A stretch of 64,000 nucleotides of DNA from a virus (taxonomy: Duplodnaviria > Caudoviricetes), in IMG/VR virus record IMGVR_UViG_2840908651_000002, positions 298-64,297 of that record. One strand, written 5' to 3'. The translations under genes and the position numbers were made by a program. Below are positions 9,601 through 18,049 of this stretch, piece after piece. How positions within the stretch are numbered: position 1 is the first letter of the stretch; every line of letters starts with the position of its first letter. The notes under the pieces were generated by a model. That model was not told the DNA's origin and did no database searches. It was given only the letters and a program-made list of their open reading frames with translations.

Positions 9601-9843
9601 ATGCAGACCCTTGGCCAATACATATCGAACCACCCCATCCGCGCGACCCAGCGTGAGTGGGCACGGTTTCTCGGTGTCAGCCAACCGTACCTGTCGCAAA
9701 TCCTTTCCGGTACCCGCACGCCGCACTGGCGCGTGATGCGCCGTATCGAGGAGCGCACGCGCGGGGCGGTTCCGATGGCGGTGTGGTTTCAAGGTCTGGA
9801 TGAGAGATCGGCAGACACGGCGCAGGAGGCGGTAGCGTCATGA
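9601..9843 (+). CDS. Cro-like HTH protein
   Basis: TQREWARFLGVSQPYLSQILSG..P..MRRIEERTRGAV; recognition helix nearly identical to that of the repressor. Confidence 0.85.
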   Translation: MQTLGQYISNHPIRATQREWARFLGVSQPYLSQILSGTRTPHWRVMRRIEERTRGAVPMAVWFQGLDERSADTAQEAVAS

Positions 9844-10062
9844 TCTGCGAAAGAAATGCCCGAGCGGACAAGGGGCTGGTCCAGCGCGAGACTGTCCTAC
9901 TCCTTTCGGGGCTTCGGCCTTGCCAAGCCAATTCCGACCTGCGCGGCGGCGCTCGGGGGGGTCTCAGGAGCCCTACATTCATCCGCCAAGGTTGGGACGC
10001 GGGTCAGCCCCACCAGACGGGGCATCCATGTAAACGCACCTGCCTGCCTCGGTGCGAAACTT

Positions 10063-10092
10063 CCCCGGCGGCTTCGGTCGCCGGGGTCTTTC
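10063..10092 (+). terminator. Intrinsic terminator
   Basis: CCCCGGCGGC-TTCG-GTCGCCGGGG followed by TCTTTC. Confidence 0.75.
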
Positions 10093-10399
10093 TGCCGCAT
10101 TCCGGTCAGCGCACAGGCGCTGTCCCGAGCGCGGCGGGCTTAGCAGTGCCCGTAAAGCAGAACCGCCGATGCAGACTGTCGGATCAGGCGGCTAGACGGA
10201 TGAGGGGTGCAGGAAGGCTGCGCCACGCCCACGCGGCTCCGTTGACCTGGCCCGTGCTCGACCCTCGAATGCCGAGAGGCAGCGGAACGTCCCCGACCTA
10301 TGCCGAAGGTGACACTCAGCCGGACGCATTTGCGAGCGGGACCAGCGGCGGCGGGGGTAGCAGACCCGCCGCCGCGCCCCATCCACGCAGGAGAACATC

Positions 10400-10654
10400 A
10401 TGACCGATACCGACACCGCCCACCGCGTCACCGCCGACGAGCTGCGCCAGTTCATCGAACGGTTCGAGCGGCTCGAGGCCGAGAAGAAGGACATCGCCGA
10501 CCAGCAGAAGGAGGTGATGGCCGAGGCCAAGGCACGCGGCTACGACACCGCCGTCATGCGCAAGGTGATCGCACTGCGCAAGCGCGACCGGGACGACATC
10601 GCCGAGGAAGAGGCGGTGTTGGAGATGTATAAAGAAGCACTCGGGATGGGGTGA
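10400..10654 (+). CDS. gapR: GapR / DUF2312 nucleoid-associated protein
   Basis: ADELRQFIERFERLEAEKKDIADQQKEVMAEAKARGYD...R..IALRK...EEAVLEMYKEALGM. Confidence 0.93.
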   Translation: MTDTDTAHRVTADELRQFIERFERLEAEKKDIADQQKEVMAEAKARGYDTAVMRKVIALRKRDRDDIAEEEAVLEMYKEALGMG

Positions 10655-10658
10655 GGAG

Positions 10659-11000
10659 ATGGCCGCGCTCGGACCGAAGCTCCGTCGCATCGCAAACAGC
10701 CATGTCGGGTTTTTCTGCCCGGCCTGCCGGATGATGCACGTCATCCGCATCGGCGGCGATCGAGGGCAAGGCCCGCTATGGACCTGGGACGGGAATGAGG
10801 ACGAGCCGACATTCACGCCGAGCATCTACGTCAACCGACCGGGGCGGCTGCACAATCCCGCCGTGCCCTCCTGCCACAGCTATGTGGCTGACGGCCGCAT
10901 CAGGTTCCTGAACGACAGCACGCACGCTCTCGCGGGCCAGATCGTCGATCTACCGGACCTGACAGGTGCGGTCGGCGACCAGGTGAAAGGGACCGCGTGA
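10659..11000 (+). CDS. DUF6527-like Zn-binding protein
   Basis: FFCPAC..H, WTWDG...PTFTPSI, CHSYV.DG.I.FL.D.TH. Confidence 0.7.
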   Translation: MAALGPKLRRIANSHVGFFCPACRMMHVIRIGGDRGQGPLWTWDGNEDEPTFTPSIYVNRPGRLHNPAVPSCHSYVADGRIRFLNDSTHALAGQIVDLPDLTGAVGDQVKGTA

Positions 11001-11001
11001 C

Positions 11002-11202
11002 ATGAAAGCCAGCGTCAAGCGCGACGGAGAGTATGCCGTAATCCGCATCCCGATGGCGGACATCCATCGGCTGCGCGTCTCTCTTGAGCAGTGCCCGTGC
11101 CGCGCGCCGAAATCGAACGAAGCAACGGAAATTCGCGAGAGCTTGTCCGGGGCGCTGGGCCGCCTCGAGTCTCTGGCGCAACGACGAGGATTTACGGGCT
11201 GA
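11002..11202 (+). CDS. Hypothetical protein
   Basis: 66 aa, coupled to downstream gene (TGATG). Confidence 0.6.
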   Translation: MKASVKRDGEYAVIRIPMADIHRLRVSLEQCPCRAPKSNEATEIRESLSGALGRLESLAQRRGFTG

Positions 11203-11855
11203 TGAGCAGTGTGAAAAAAGTTTGCCGCAGTTGTGGCGAGACTTTCGACCGCCCATCAAGGCTGTCGTCAGCGCAATGGAGCGCGAGACAATATTGCTCG
11301 CGGTCATGTGCGGCCAAAAAGACAACCTTCTCCGACGCAGAAATTGTCGCGTTTTATGAGGGCGGAAAATCATCCCCTGAAATTGCCGAAATCGTGGGTA
11401 TTTGCCCTGTTCAAGTGCGTCGAGTTCTTCGTGCGGCTGGGTTTGATGCTCGTGATCTAAAGTCGGCTATGCAGCTTAGTCACAGCCGCCAGGAAGTAAA
11501 AAATAGAATGTCCCGATCGGCAAAAGGCAGAACGCACACCGAAGAAACTAAGCGCAAATTACGGTCCGTAATTGGGCCAGATCATGCGCTTTGGAGGGGC
11601 GGCCTTACTCTATCAGCGGGCGGGTATTTGGAATTTACCAAAAGCGAGGCGAACGGAGCACACGCTGGGCGGTATTTGCACCGAGTAATCGCTGAATGGG
11701 TTATCGGTCGAAGCATTGAGCCGGATGAGCACGTTCATCATCGTGACGGCAACAAGCTCAACAACTCTCCTGAAAATCTTGAAGTGATGAAAGCGGTTGA
11801 CCACGCGCGGCATCATGCCATCGAAAACGGATTAGGTAAGAAACGCTATGCTTAA
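11202..11855 (+). CDS. Free-standing HNH homing endonuclease (Zn finger, NUMOD3-like, HNH)
   Basis: CRSCG..F...YCSRSC; KGRTHTEETKRKL; VHHRDGNKLNNSPENL; visibly lower GC. Confidence 0.88.
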   Translation: MSSVKKVCRSCGETFDRPSRLSSAQWSARQYCSRSCAAKKTTFSDAEIVAFYEGGKSSPEIAEIVGICPVQVRRVLRAAGFDARDLKSAMQLSHSRQEVKNRMSRSAKGRTHTEETKRKLRSVIGPDHALWRGGLTLSAGGYLEFTKSEANGAHAGRYLHRVIAEWVIGRSIEPDEHVHHRDGNKLNNSPENLEVMKAVDHARHHAIENGLGKKRYA

Positions 11856-12312
11856 TCAATGCCAATTCATAGGAAATCTGGGGCGAGACCCTGAAACGCG
11901 GACATTCCAGAGCGGTGATAAGGTGTGCAACCTTCGCATCGCTGTAACTGAGAAGTGGAAAGACCGCGACGGTAACAAACAGGAGCGCACCGAATGGGTA
12001 TCGGTCGCTGTGTTTGGCCCGCTGGCAGATGTTGCCAATCAATATCTGCATAAAGGTTCGAAAGCCTATGTTTCTGGGAAAATGCGGACCCGAAAATGGC
12101 GGGACCAATCTGGCCAAGATCGCTATTCGACAGAAGTCGTGTTGCAGGGGCCTGACGCCAAGCTGGTTATGCTGGGCGGTCCGAACAACAGCAGCAACAG
12201 CAGCTACGGGAGCGGCGGCTATGGCGGGTCGTATGATGATGGCCTGGCCCGCGGCGGCCCGCCAGATGATCGAGACCGTCAACCCGATCTGGACGGAGAG
12301 ATCCCGTTCTAG
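11848..12312 (+). CDS. ssb: Single-stranded DNA-binding protein
   Basis: LNQCQFIGNLGRDPE...TEKWKD...ERTEW...C-terminal EIPF. Confidence 0.97.
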   Translation: MLNQCQFIGNLGRDPETRTFQSGDKVCNLRIAVTEKWKDRDGNKQERTEWVSVAVFGPLADVANQYLHKGSKAYVSGKMRTRKWRDQSGQDRYSTEVVLQGPDAKLVMLGGPNNSSNSSYGSGGYGGSYDDGLARGGPPDDRDRQPDLDGEIPF

Positions 12313-12314
12313 CC

Positions 12315-12743
12315 ATGCAGCGAATGAAAGCATCACAGTTCCAGGCCATCGTGCGCGCGCGCGAGCAGGGCAAGCAGGGCCGAAACAAGGATCGGCCCCG
12401 CGGGTCGAACAAGTATAGCGCCGAGCGCACGACGCTGGACGGCCACAAGTTCGACAGCAAGGCCGAGGCGCGGCGCTACGCGACCCTGCGCCAGATGGAG
12501 CGTGCCGGCCTTATCCGCGATCTCAGGCTGCAAGAGGCATACCATCTGCAAGGCCATGATGGCCCGCTGTTCTCCGAGGCGGGCCGCCCGCTGATCTACA
12601 AGGCGGATTTCGTCTACATCGACGTCACCGATGGGCAAGAGGTCATCGAGGACGTGAAGGGCATGAAAACGCAAGCCTACCGCCTCAAGAAGGCGCTCAT
12701 GGTCCAGATGGGCAAGCCGATCACGGAGGTGAGCGTCCGATGA
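12315..12743 (+). CDS. DUF1064-family PD-(D/E)XK endonuclease (resolvase-like)
   Basis: NKY.A..T..DG.KFDSK.EA.RY; YKADFVY; IEDVKG. Confidence 0.85.
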   Translation: MQRMKASQFQAIVRAREQGKQGRNKDRPRGSNKYSAERTTLDGHKFDSKAEARRYATLRQMERAGLIRDLRLQEAYHLQGHDGPLFSEAGRPLIYKADFVYIDVTDGQEVIEDVKGMKTQAYRLKKALMVQMGKPITEVSVR

Positions 12744-13570
12744 GTAAAGCTCCCGCCATGCCGATGTATTGGGACGCCTATTTGGCGGACACAACGCACC
12801 TGACCACGGAGGAGCACGGGGCGTATCTTCTCCTGCTGGGGGCAATGTGGCGGCGCAACGGGCGCGTCCCAGACGACGATAAAGACAACGCTCGAATCCT
12901 TGGCCTGACGCCCTCGAAATGGCGCAAGGTGAAGGCCCGGTTCTGCGATACCATTTCGGGTTTTCAAGTCGAAAACGGCATGATCACGCAAGAAAAGCTG
13001 CAAAAAACTTGGGAAAACACTCAAGAAAAGATCGAAAAGAACCGCACAAATGGCGCCAAGGGCGGCAGGCCAAAATCCAATAAAAACAACAACAAGGCAA
13101 AAGCGAACGGTTCTGTTTCGGATAACCCAACAGAAACCAAGCTAGCGCCAGGCGCAATGTCGCCTGACGACGACACGACAAAGCCGTTCGACGAGATCGC
13201 CGAGTGCGTTTCCGCCTACAACGAGATTGCCCGCGAAGCGGGGTGGCCCGAGGTGCGAGTTCTAAGCAAGGCTCGGAGGTCAGAGCTTTCCCAACGGCTC
13301 AAGGAGTGCGGGGGGATAGAGGGCTGGCGACATGCGCTGGCGAAAGCCCGGGCCTCTCCGCATTGTTGCGGCATGAATGACCGGGGCTGGACTGCGAATT
13401 TCGATTTTCTCGTGCGGCAGTCGTCTTTCACGAAACTCATGGAGGGCAATTATGACTACAGACCCAGCCAGGGCGGAAGCCCGAAAGGGACGCAGCCGGA
13501 GCGAACCGAACGGCACCGCAGGGTCGTTGCAGCCGCAGCCCGCGGAACCACCAGCCAAGACTGGGGTTGA
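12740..13570 (+). CDS. DUF1376/YdaU-type replication initiator
   Basis: MPMYWDAYLADTTHLTTEEHGAYLLLL; GAKGGRP; C-terminal W.ANFDFL....F.KL.EGNY. Confidence 0.88.
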   Translation: MSKAPAMPMYWDAYLADTTHLTTEEHGAYLLLLGAMWRRNGRVPDDDKDNARILGLTPSKWRKVKARFCDTISGFQVENGMITQEKLQKTWENTQEKIEKNRTNGAKGGRPKSNKNNNKAKANGSVSDNPTETKLAPGAMSPDDDTTKPFDEIAECVSAYNEIAREAGWPEVRVLSKARRSELSQRLKECGGIEGWRHALAKARASPHCCGMNDRGWTANFDFLVRQSSFTKLMEGNYDYRPSQGGSPKGTQPERTERHRRVVAAAARGTTSQDWG

Positions 13571-13988
13571 AGCCTATCTGGCCATGACGCCCGATCAGCT
13601 TGAGCGGCACCGCTCGAAGATCGCGGTGCGCGCCGAGGCGATCCTGGATCAGTTCTGGCGGGACGACGACACGTCTGACGCGCAGCGCGCGCTCGAGCTC
13701 GAGGGCTGGGCCGACGTGCTTGAGACCTGCTCGCACAGCGAGATCCGCAAGGCATGGGCCGAGTATCAGAAAACCGGGCCACGCACCCGCGCGGGGCGGC
13801 TCTACAAGCCCGACGCGGGAGCGCTCTACCGGATCATCGTCAAGCGTCGCCCGCCGCCCCCGCCGTCGCCCTTCGAGGCACCGCCGAAGCGGCACGGTCC
13901 GAGAGTGCCGCCCGAGGACGTGCAGGAGAAGCTGCGCAGCTTGGGCATCAAGTCGATGCCAAAGCCGGGTGATGGCGCTCGGTCGTGA
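13452..13988 (+). CDS. Hypothetical replication accessory (helicase loader position)
   Basis: ATG 13452 after GGAGG, overlaps initiator C-terminus; position only. Confidence 0.6.
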   Translation: MTTDPARAEARKGRSRSEPNGTAGSLQPQPAEPPAKTGVEAYLAMTPDQLERHRSKIAVRAEAILDQFWRDDDTSDAQRALELEGWADVLETCSHSEIRKAWAEYQKTGPRTRAGRLYKPDAGALYRIIVKRRPPPPPSPFEAPPKRHGPRVPPEDVQEKLRSLGIKSMPKPGDGARS

Positions 13989-14719
13989 CAGCCCCATCGG
14001 CAAAATCCCTGTTCCGCGCGACCAAGCGCAAGCCGCGCATCGACGCGGGGCAGGGGGTCTTGATGCCAGATCTTCCGATCCAGCATGCGCCCCGTCCGCC
14101 AGATGTGCGGCGCGAGGATGATTTCTACCCGACCGCGCAGCCAGATGCGGCCCGCGGCCTGATCCTTGCGGAGGGATGGCGGCTCTCCGAGCTTGGCGGC
14201 GTGATCTCGGAGCCCGCCGTGGGTGACGGCCACCTGGCGCGCGAGTTCGAGGCCCACGGCTTCACAGTGCGCGGCGGTGACCTGGTACAGCGGAAGTGGG
14301 AGGGGATCACCTGTCTCGGTTCGTTCTACGAGGCGACCGAAGCGGCCGCGCCCGTGATCATCACGAACCCACCTTTCTCGGAGATCAGCGCGCGCGATGG
14401 GCACGGACGCTGGTTGCGCCACACTCTCTCCCTGCCCGGGTGGCGCTATCTGGCCCTTCTCCTGTCGTGGGACTGGTGCGCGGCCCAAAAGAATGGGCAC
14501 GCCGCCCTGCTTGACGCACAGCCGTTTTCCTACGCCTATGTCCTACGCTGGAAGCTCGATTTTACCGGGGAAAGGTCGCCGCCGCAGCGCAATGCGTGGT
14601 TTATCTGGGATCGGGATGATCCGCGTTCGACACCGGGCAACGGGCCATATCCAGAGCCGTCGTTCCGCTTCATGGACAAGCCGCGCTGCGATACAGCTCG
14701 GCAGGTGGCGCTACTCTAG
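13985..14719 (+). CDS. Phage amino (N6-adenine-type) DNA methyltransferase
   Basis: DDFYPT, EPAVGDG, IITNPPF. Confidence 0.8.
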   Translation: MTAPSAKSLFRATKRKPRIDAGQGVLMPDLPIQHAPRPPDVRREDDFYPTAQPDAARGLILAEGWRLSELGGVISEPAVGDGHLAREFEAHGFTVRGGDLVQRKWEGITCLGSFYEATEAAAPVIITNPPFSEISARDGHGRWLRHTLSLPGWRYLALLLSWDWCAAQKNGHAALLDAQPFSYAYVLRWKLDFTGERSPPQRNAWFIWDRDDPRSTPGNGPYPEPSFRFMDKPRCDTARQVALL

Positions 14720-14937
14720 AATCCGACGACGAGGGCGAGAGCCAGGGCGGCGCATATAGCCTGCGTAAACGAGATCGCTGCCGCGCGCTTCCATGCTTTC
14801 GTCTGGTCGAGCGGGCCGCCGGGTTCGCGCGGATCATCGGACGATCGCGCATTATCACCCGCAAAGAGCACGCCAGCGATGGCGGGGGCTACGGCCAGGA
14901 GCATGATCCATTCGTTCATGCGCTCAATGATGGTCAT
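14716..14937 (-). CDS. Small two-TM protein
   Basis: Hydrophobic termini; start after GAGGGTGG. Confidence 0.55.
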   Translation of the reverse strand: MTIIERMNEWIMLLAVAPAIAGVLFAGDNARSSDDPREPGGPLDQTKAWKRAAAISFTQAICAALALALVVGF

Positions 14938-15256
14938 TACCACCCTCGATTGCAACCCAGCTTGCGCGCTTCATCCAGATCGGCTTGCCACCGATCAAAT
15001 CCCAGCCAGCGGGTGTCAGCTTGAGGTCATGGACCGAACCTACGGCGTTGGCGTAGACCGTGATCCAGCCGCAGTTCTCGGCCGTCTGGACGAGTTTTGA
15101 CACCTCCTGGTGGGTTTGGTCCATCTTGCGGGACAGGCGCGGCAGGCGCATTTCGAGCAGCCCCATCTGGTTGCTGCCGATGATTTCAAGCATCTGACGC
15201 ATGGCCGGGGTGTCGGCGCGGGTTTCCAGTGGTTCGATATCAAGTGTCACAGGCAT
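14924..15256 (-). CDS. Winged-helix (MarR-like) protein
   Basis: LPRLSRKM...VSKLVQTAENCGWI.......LKLTPAG. Confidence 0.6.
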   Translation of the reverse strand: MPVTLDIEPLETRADTPAMRQMLEIIGSNQMGLLEMRLPRLSRKMDQTHQEVSKLVQTAENCGWITVYANAVGSVHDLKLTPAGWDLIGGKPIWMKRASWVAIEGGNDHH

Positions 15257-15437
15257 ATCCGGTCCTTTCGTTCTTCATGAGTTCACAGCGCGCGACGTGG
15301 CGGTCGAGCACTCGTTCGATCTCCTCATCGGTCAGGGGGGCGTGCTGGTTCTGGCGCGCGGTCTCGAAGGCGGCGACGTAGCCGATCAGAATCGCGACGG
15401 TGAACCATGCGCGCCAGTCCTTTATGGGGCCCATCAT
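15240..15437 (-). CDS. Small protein with N-terminal TM
   Basis: 65 aa, coupled. Confidence 0.55.
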   Translation of the reverse strand: MMGPIKDWRAWFTVAILIGYVAAFETARQNQHAPLTDEEIERVLDRHVARCELMKNERTGYACDT

Positions 15438-15619
15438 GCTGCGTCATCCCCCTTCTCGGCCCGGATGCGGATATCCGAGCTCGACGCGCCGCACATGGGG
15501 CAGTGCATGGTTTGCATGGCGCGCGCCGCCAAGCTGATGTTCATGGGCAGGTAGAGGCCGGTCCATTCGTGCCCGCAGGCGACGCAGCCGACGGTGAGGG
15601 GGCGTTTGTCGGGGGTCAT
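15434..15619 (-). CDS. Zinc-ribbon protein
   Basis: CVACGHEW...CPMCG; ATG 15619 overlaps upstream stop. Confidence 0.7.
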   Translation of the reverse strand: MTPDKRPLTVGCVACGHEWTGLYLPMNISLAARAMQTMHCPMCGASSSDIRIRAEKGDDAA

Positions 15620-16248
15620 TCTGCGCGCTCCAATTCCGCTCTCATTGCGCGCATTTCCTTGCGTGCCTGCCGATCGCACCAGCGGTTAACAAAGAACCTG
15701 GCGTCGTCTTTCGCGGTGTGCCCCTTGACGTGCCGTGCAGACACCCCGACCAGATCGACGCGTGCCGTGGCGACGGCGCTGTTCCATATCTTGAGAAGGC
15801 TCCGGCTGCGAATCTTGCCGTAGATCAGGTGGACGACCGTCATGCAGTCGGTTTGCACCAACACGGATCTCGCGCCGTGCGCGCGAGCGATGTGGATGCC
15901 GTTCAAAGCAGCCCTAATTTCCGCTTCATCCGAGCGAGTGGTGACAGTGCGAAGCGGACCGCTCATCTTGATCGGGGAGTCATCGCCATCAATGCGTATC
16001 CACGCGGCCCACCCACCAGCCCCGGTTTTGCGGCAGTGGCTTGCGTCGGTTATGACGGTCGCTCTCATCCCCGGAAGTTTCTGCTCCTTTACGAGCCGCT
16101 GCGCGATCACCTGCCGGGCATGGTGACTGGACCCTCGCGCCATCTTTGCGGCGGCGCCTTTGCCGCTGTGACGGCACGGCTTGCCGATCGCTGCCCGGCA
16201 CTTGGGGCAGGAGGCGGTGTCGCGAATTTCGGAACGGGATAGGCTCAT
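15616..16248 (-). CDS. RNase HI with N-terminal Zn finger
   Basis: TDAS..GGWAAW, AEIRAA, QTDC, HVKGH, NRWCDRQA. Confidence 0.88.
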   Translation of the reverse strand: MSLSRSEIRDTASCPKCRAAIGKPCRHSGKGAAAKMARGSSHHARQVIAQRLVKEQKLPGMRATVITDASHCRKTGAGGWAAWIRIDGDDSPIKMSGPLRTVTTRSDEAEIRAALNGIHIARAHGARSVLVQTDCMTVVHLIYGKIRSRSLLKIWNSAVATARVDLVGVSARHVKGHTAKDDARFFVNRWCDRQARKEMRAMRAELERAE

Positions 16249-16829
16249 GTCGTTTCGCCCACCCGGTCGATGTTGCAGCGGTGGACGTCGAAAGTCAGCG
16301 CGACCACCCACGGGTTCTGATCCCATGCGTCGGGGCCGTGCAGGCTGTTCCAGAGGGCAGCAAAGTCGCTGCGAGAAGACATTGCGGCTTGGCGCGGCAC
16401 ATCAGCCATCGAAACAGCATCCACGCCCTCCGCAACCGCATCCGCCTCGCTGATCTCCTGCAACCGCTGCACCCGCACATCGGTCACGGTCAGGGTCAGG
16501 CGGGAAAACTTGCGCGGCATGTGGATGGGGGATTTCCACTTGAACGGTCCTTCGTGCGGAGAAATGATCTTGTCGCCGCACTGGTAATCGAGCGTGGCCT
16601 TGTAGCGCGGGCAGTCGCCGTGGTCGGACACCCCCATGCCCCAAGCCTCCCTTACCCAAAGCCGGTCGCCGGGGGCGTAGCTAGGAAGCGGCTGCATTTC
16701 GCGGCCATTCCATTCCATGATGCCGCTGCGCAAAAAATCCCGCTTACCGCACCTGCGCGTCTGTGTCTTGCGCCCGTCGAGCAGCGCCCGGACCATCGGC
16801 CCGCTGAATATGATAGGCTTGTCTGTCAT
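16245..16829 (-). CDS. ASCH/PUA-like phage protein
   Basis: PIIFSGPMVRALLDGRKTQTRR, GDRLWVREAW, W.SPIHMPR, NPWV. Confidence 0.8.
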   Translation of the reverse strand: MTDKPIIFSGPMVRALLDGRKTQTRRCGKRDFLRSGIMEWNGREMQPLPSYAPGDRLWVREAWGMGVSDHGDCPRYKATLDYQCGDKIISPHEGPFKWKSPIHMPRKFSRLTLTVTDVRVQRLQEISEADAVAEGVDAVSMADVPRQAAMSSRSDFAALWNSLHGPDAWDQNPWVVALTFDVHRCNIDRVGETT

Positions 16830-17581
16830 ACCGCCACCCCCTTCGCCCGGGCGATGGCTTTCTGCACCATGTCCCACGCGCTTGGCGGCATGGCATTGCC
16901 GTCATCGTTTTCGAGGTTTTCCAGCGCCGCGAGCATTTCATCGAATGTGGACTGCCTTTCCTCGCGCTCGGCCTCGTCCCTGGTGAGCGTCACGGTGATG
17001 TCGGTGGTCTTCTGTCGGTAGAAGCGATCCGCGACCGCCTTTTGCACGACGTGCTGGTCAGGGAGCGAAAACAGATTAGCCCCGACGATGGAGATGTGAT
17101 CCTTGATAAAAGCGTAGTCGCGCCGCTTGCCGGCGAAATTCAGAAAGTCCTCCTCGGTGTAGTGCTCGCGCTCCCCCACCATCCGCTCGGCTGTTGCCTC
17201 CATGCAGGCCATCACGTCGTCGATCATGGATGCGAGGGCTTGCTGCGGGGTGTCGAAGTGTTGGAGGCGCGTCGCGTGGATGCTGTGATCTCGCATCGTC
17301 ACGTTGCGCGCGGGCGAGAAGGTGCCGTTGGCATCAATCCAGCCGACGACGACATGGGGCAGGCGGGTGCAGACCAAGCCCGTGCCAAACCCGGCGGCGG
17401 CAAGACCGCTGGCCTTATACTCTCCGAGGTAGGCGTTGATAGCATCGGGGATCGAGGTGCAGCCTTTGATCCAGAAATATCCAGGCACATCAATCCGGGC
17501 GATTCGGATATCGTAAAGCGTCTGTTTTTCCTCATCTTTCACGGGCCAATCCTTTCTTGATCGGGTTTTGATTGATCGCAT
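16826..17581 (-). CDS. Hypothetical phage protein
   Basis: 251-aa ORF in operon; start uncertain. Confidence 0.65.
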   Translation of the reverse strand: MRSIKTRSRKDWPVKDEEKQTLYDIRIARIDVPGYFWIKGCTSIPDAINAYLGEYKASGLAAAGFGTGLVCTRLPHVVVGWIDANGTFSPARNVTMRDHSIHATRLQHFDTPQQALASMIDDVMACMEATAERMVGEREHYTEEDFLNFAGKRRDYAFIKDHISIVGANLFSLPDQHVVQKAVADRFYRQKTTDITVTLTRDEAEREERQSTFDEMLAALENLENDDGNAMPPSAWDMVQKAIARAKGVAV

Positions 17582-17618
17582 CGTGACGCGGCCCGCGCGG
17601 GGCCGCGCTGCGCTGCGG

Positions 17619-18026
17619 TCAGTCGAGGTCAGGTGGGGCCTGATCCGCCTTTTCCTGATTGCGCAGATAGGCGGCCTGGAGACCGGTGTGCGTCTTCACA
17701 TCCGAGCCGGGCACGAAATCCATGCGGTAGCCATCAGGGTAATGAGCACGGAACGTCTCGTGCCGATCAGGGCGCGAGCCTTCGAGGATGCCAAGGTCGT
17801 GAGGCATGTAGCCTTCGGCGCTGCAACCGTGGCTCCCAAGGCCGGTGCCATCTTCGGCGAGTAGGACCGCGGCGAGGAAGTAAGGCCCGCCACCGTTGTT
17901 GAAGCCGTAGATGACCGGCAGCTCCTCGACCGGCTTGTTGTGCGGATTGTAGACCGCGTAACCCTTTCCCTCCCATGCGTGCAGGTGTTGCGCGAGGTAC
18001 AAGTTTGCGGCGGCAGGTGTGGTCAT
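17619..18026 (-). CDS. Hypothetical phage protein
   Basis: Start MTTPAA after AAGGAG. Confidence 0.7.
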   Translation of the reverse strand: MTTPAAANLYLAQHLHAWEGKGYAVYNPHNKPVEELPVIYGFNNGGGPYFLAAVLLAEDGTGLGSHGCSAEGYMPHDLGILEGSRPDRHETFRAHYPDGYRMDFVPGSDVKTHTGLQAAYLRNQEKADQAPPDLD

Positions 18027-18049
18027 GATCTTGATCTCCTTGGTGGTGG

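Noticed and set aside
9840-10403. 187-aa ORF or tRNA after cro
   Set aside because: ORF lacks codon bias and crosses a strong terminator; no tRNA cloverleaf or T-loop consensus found
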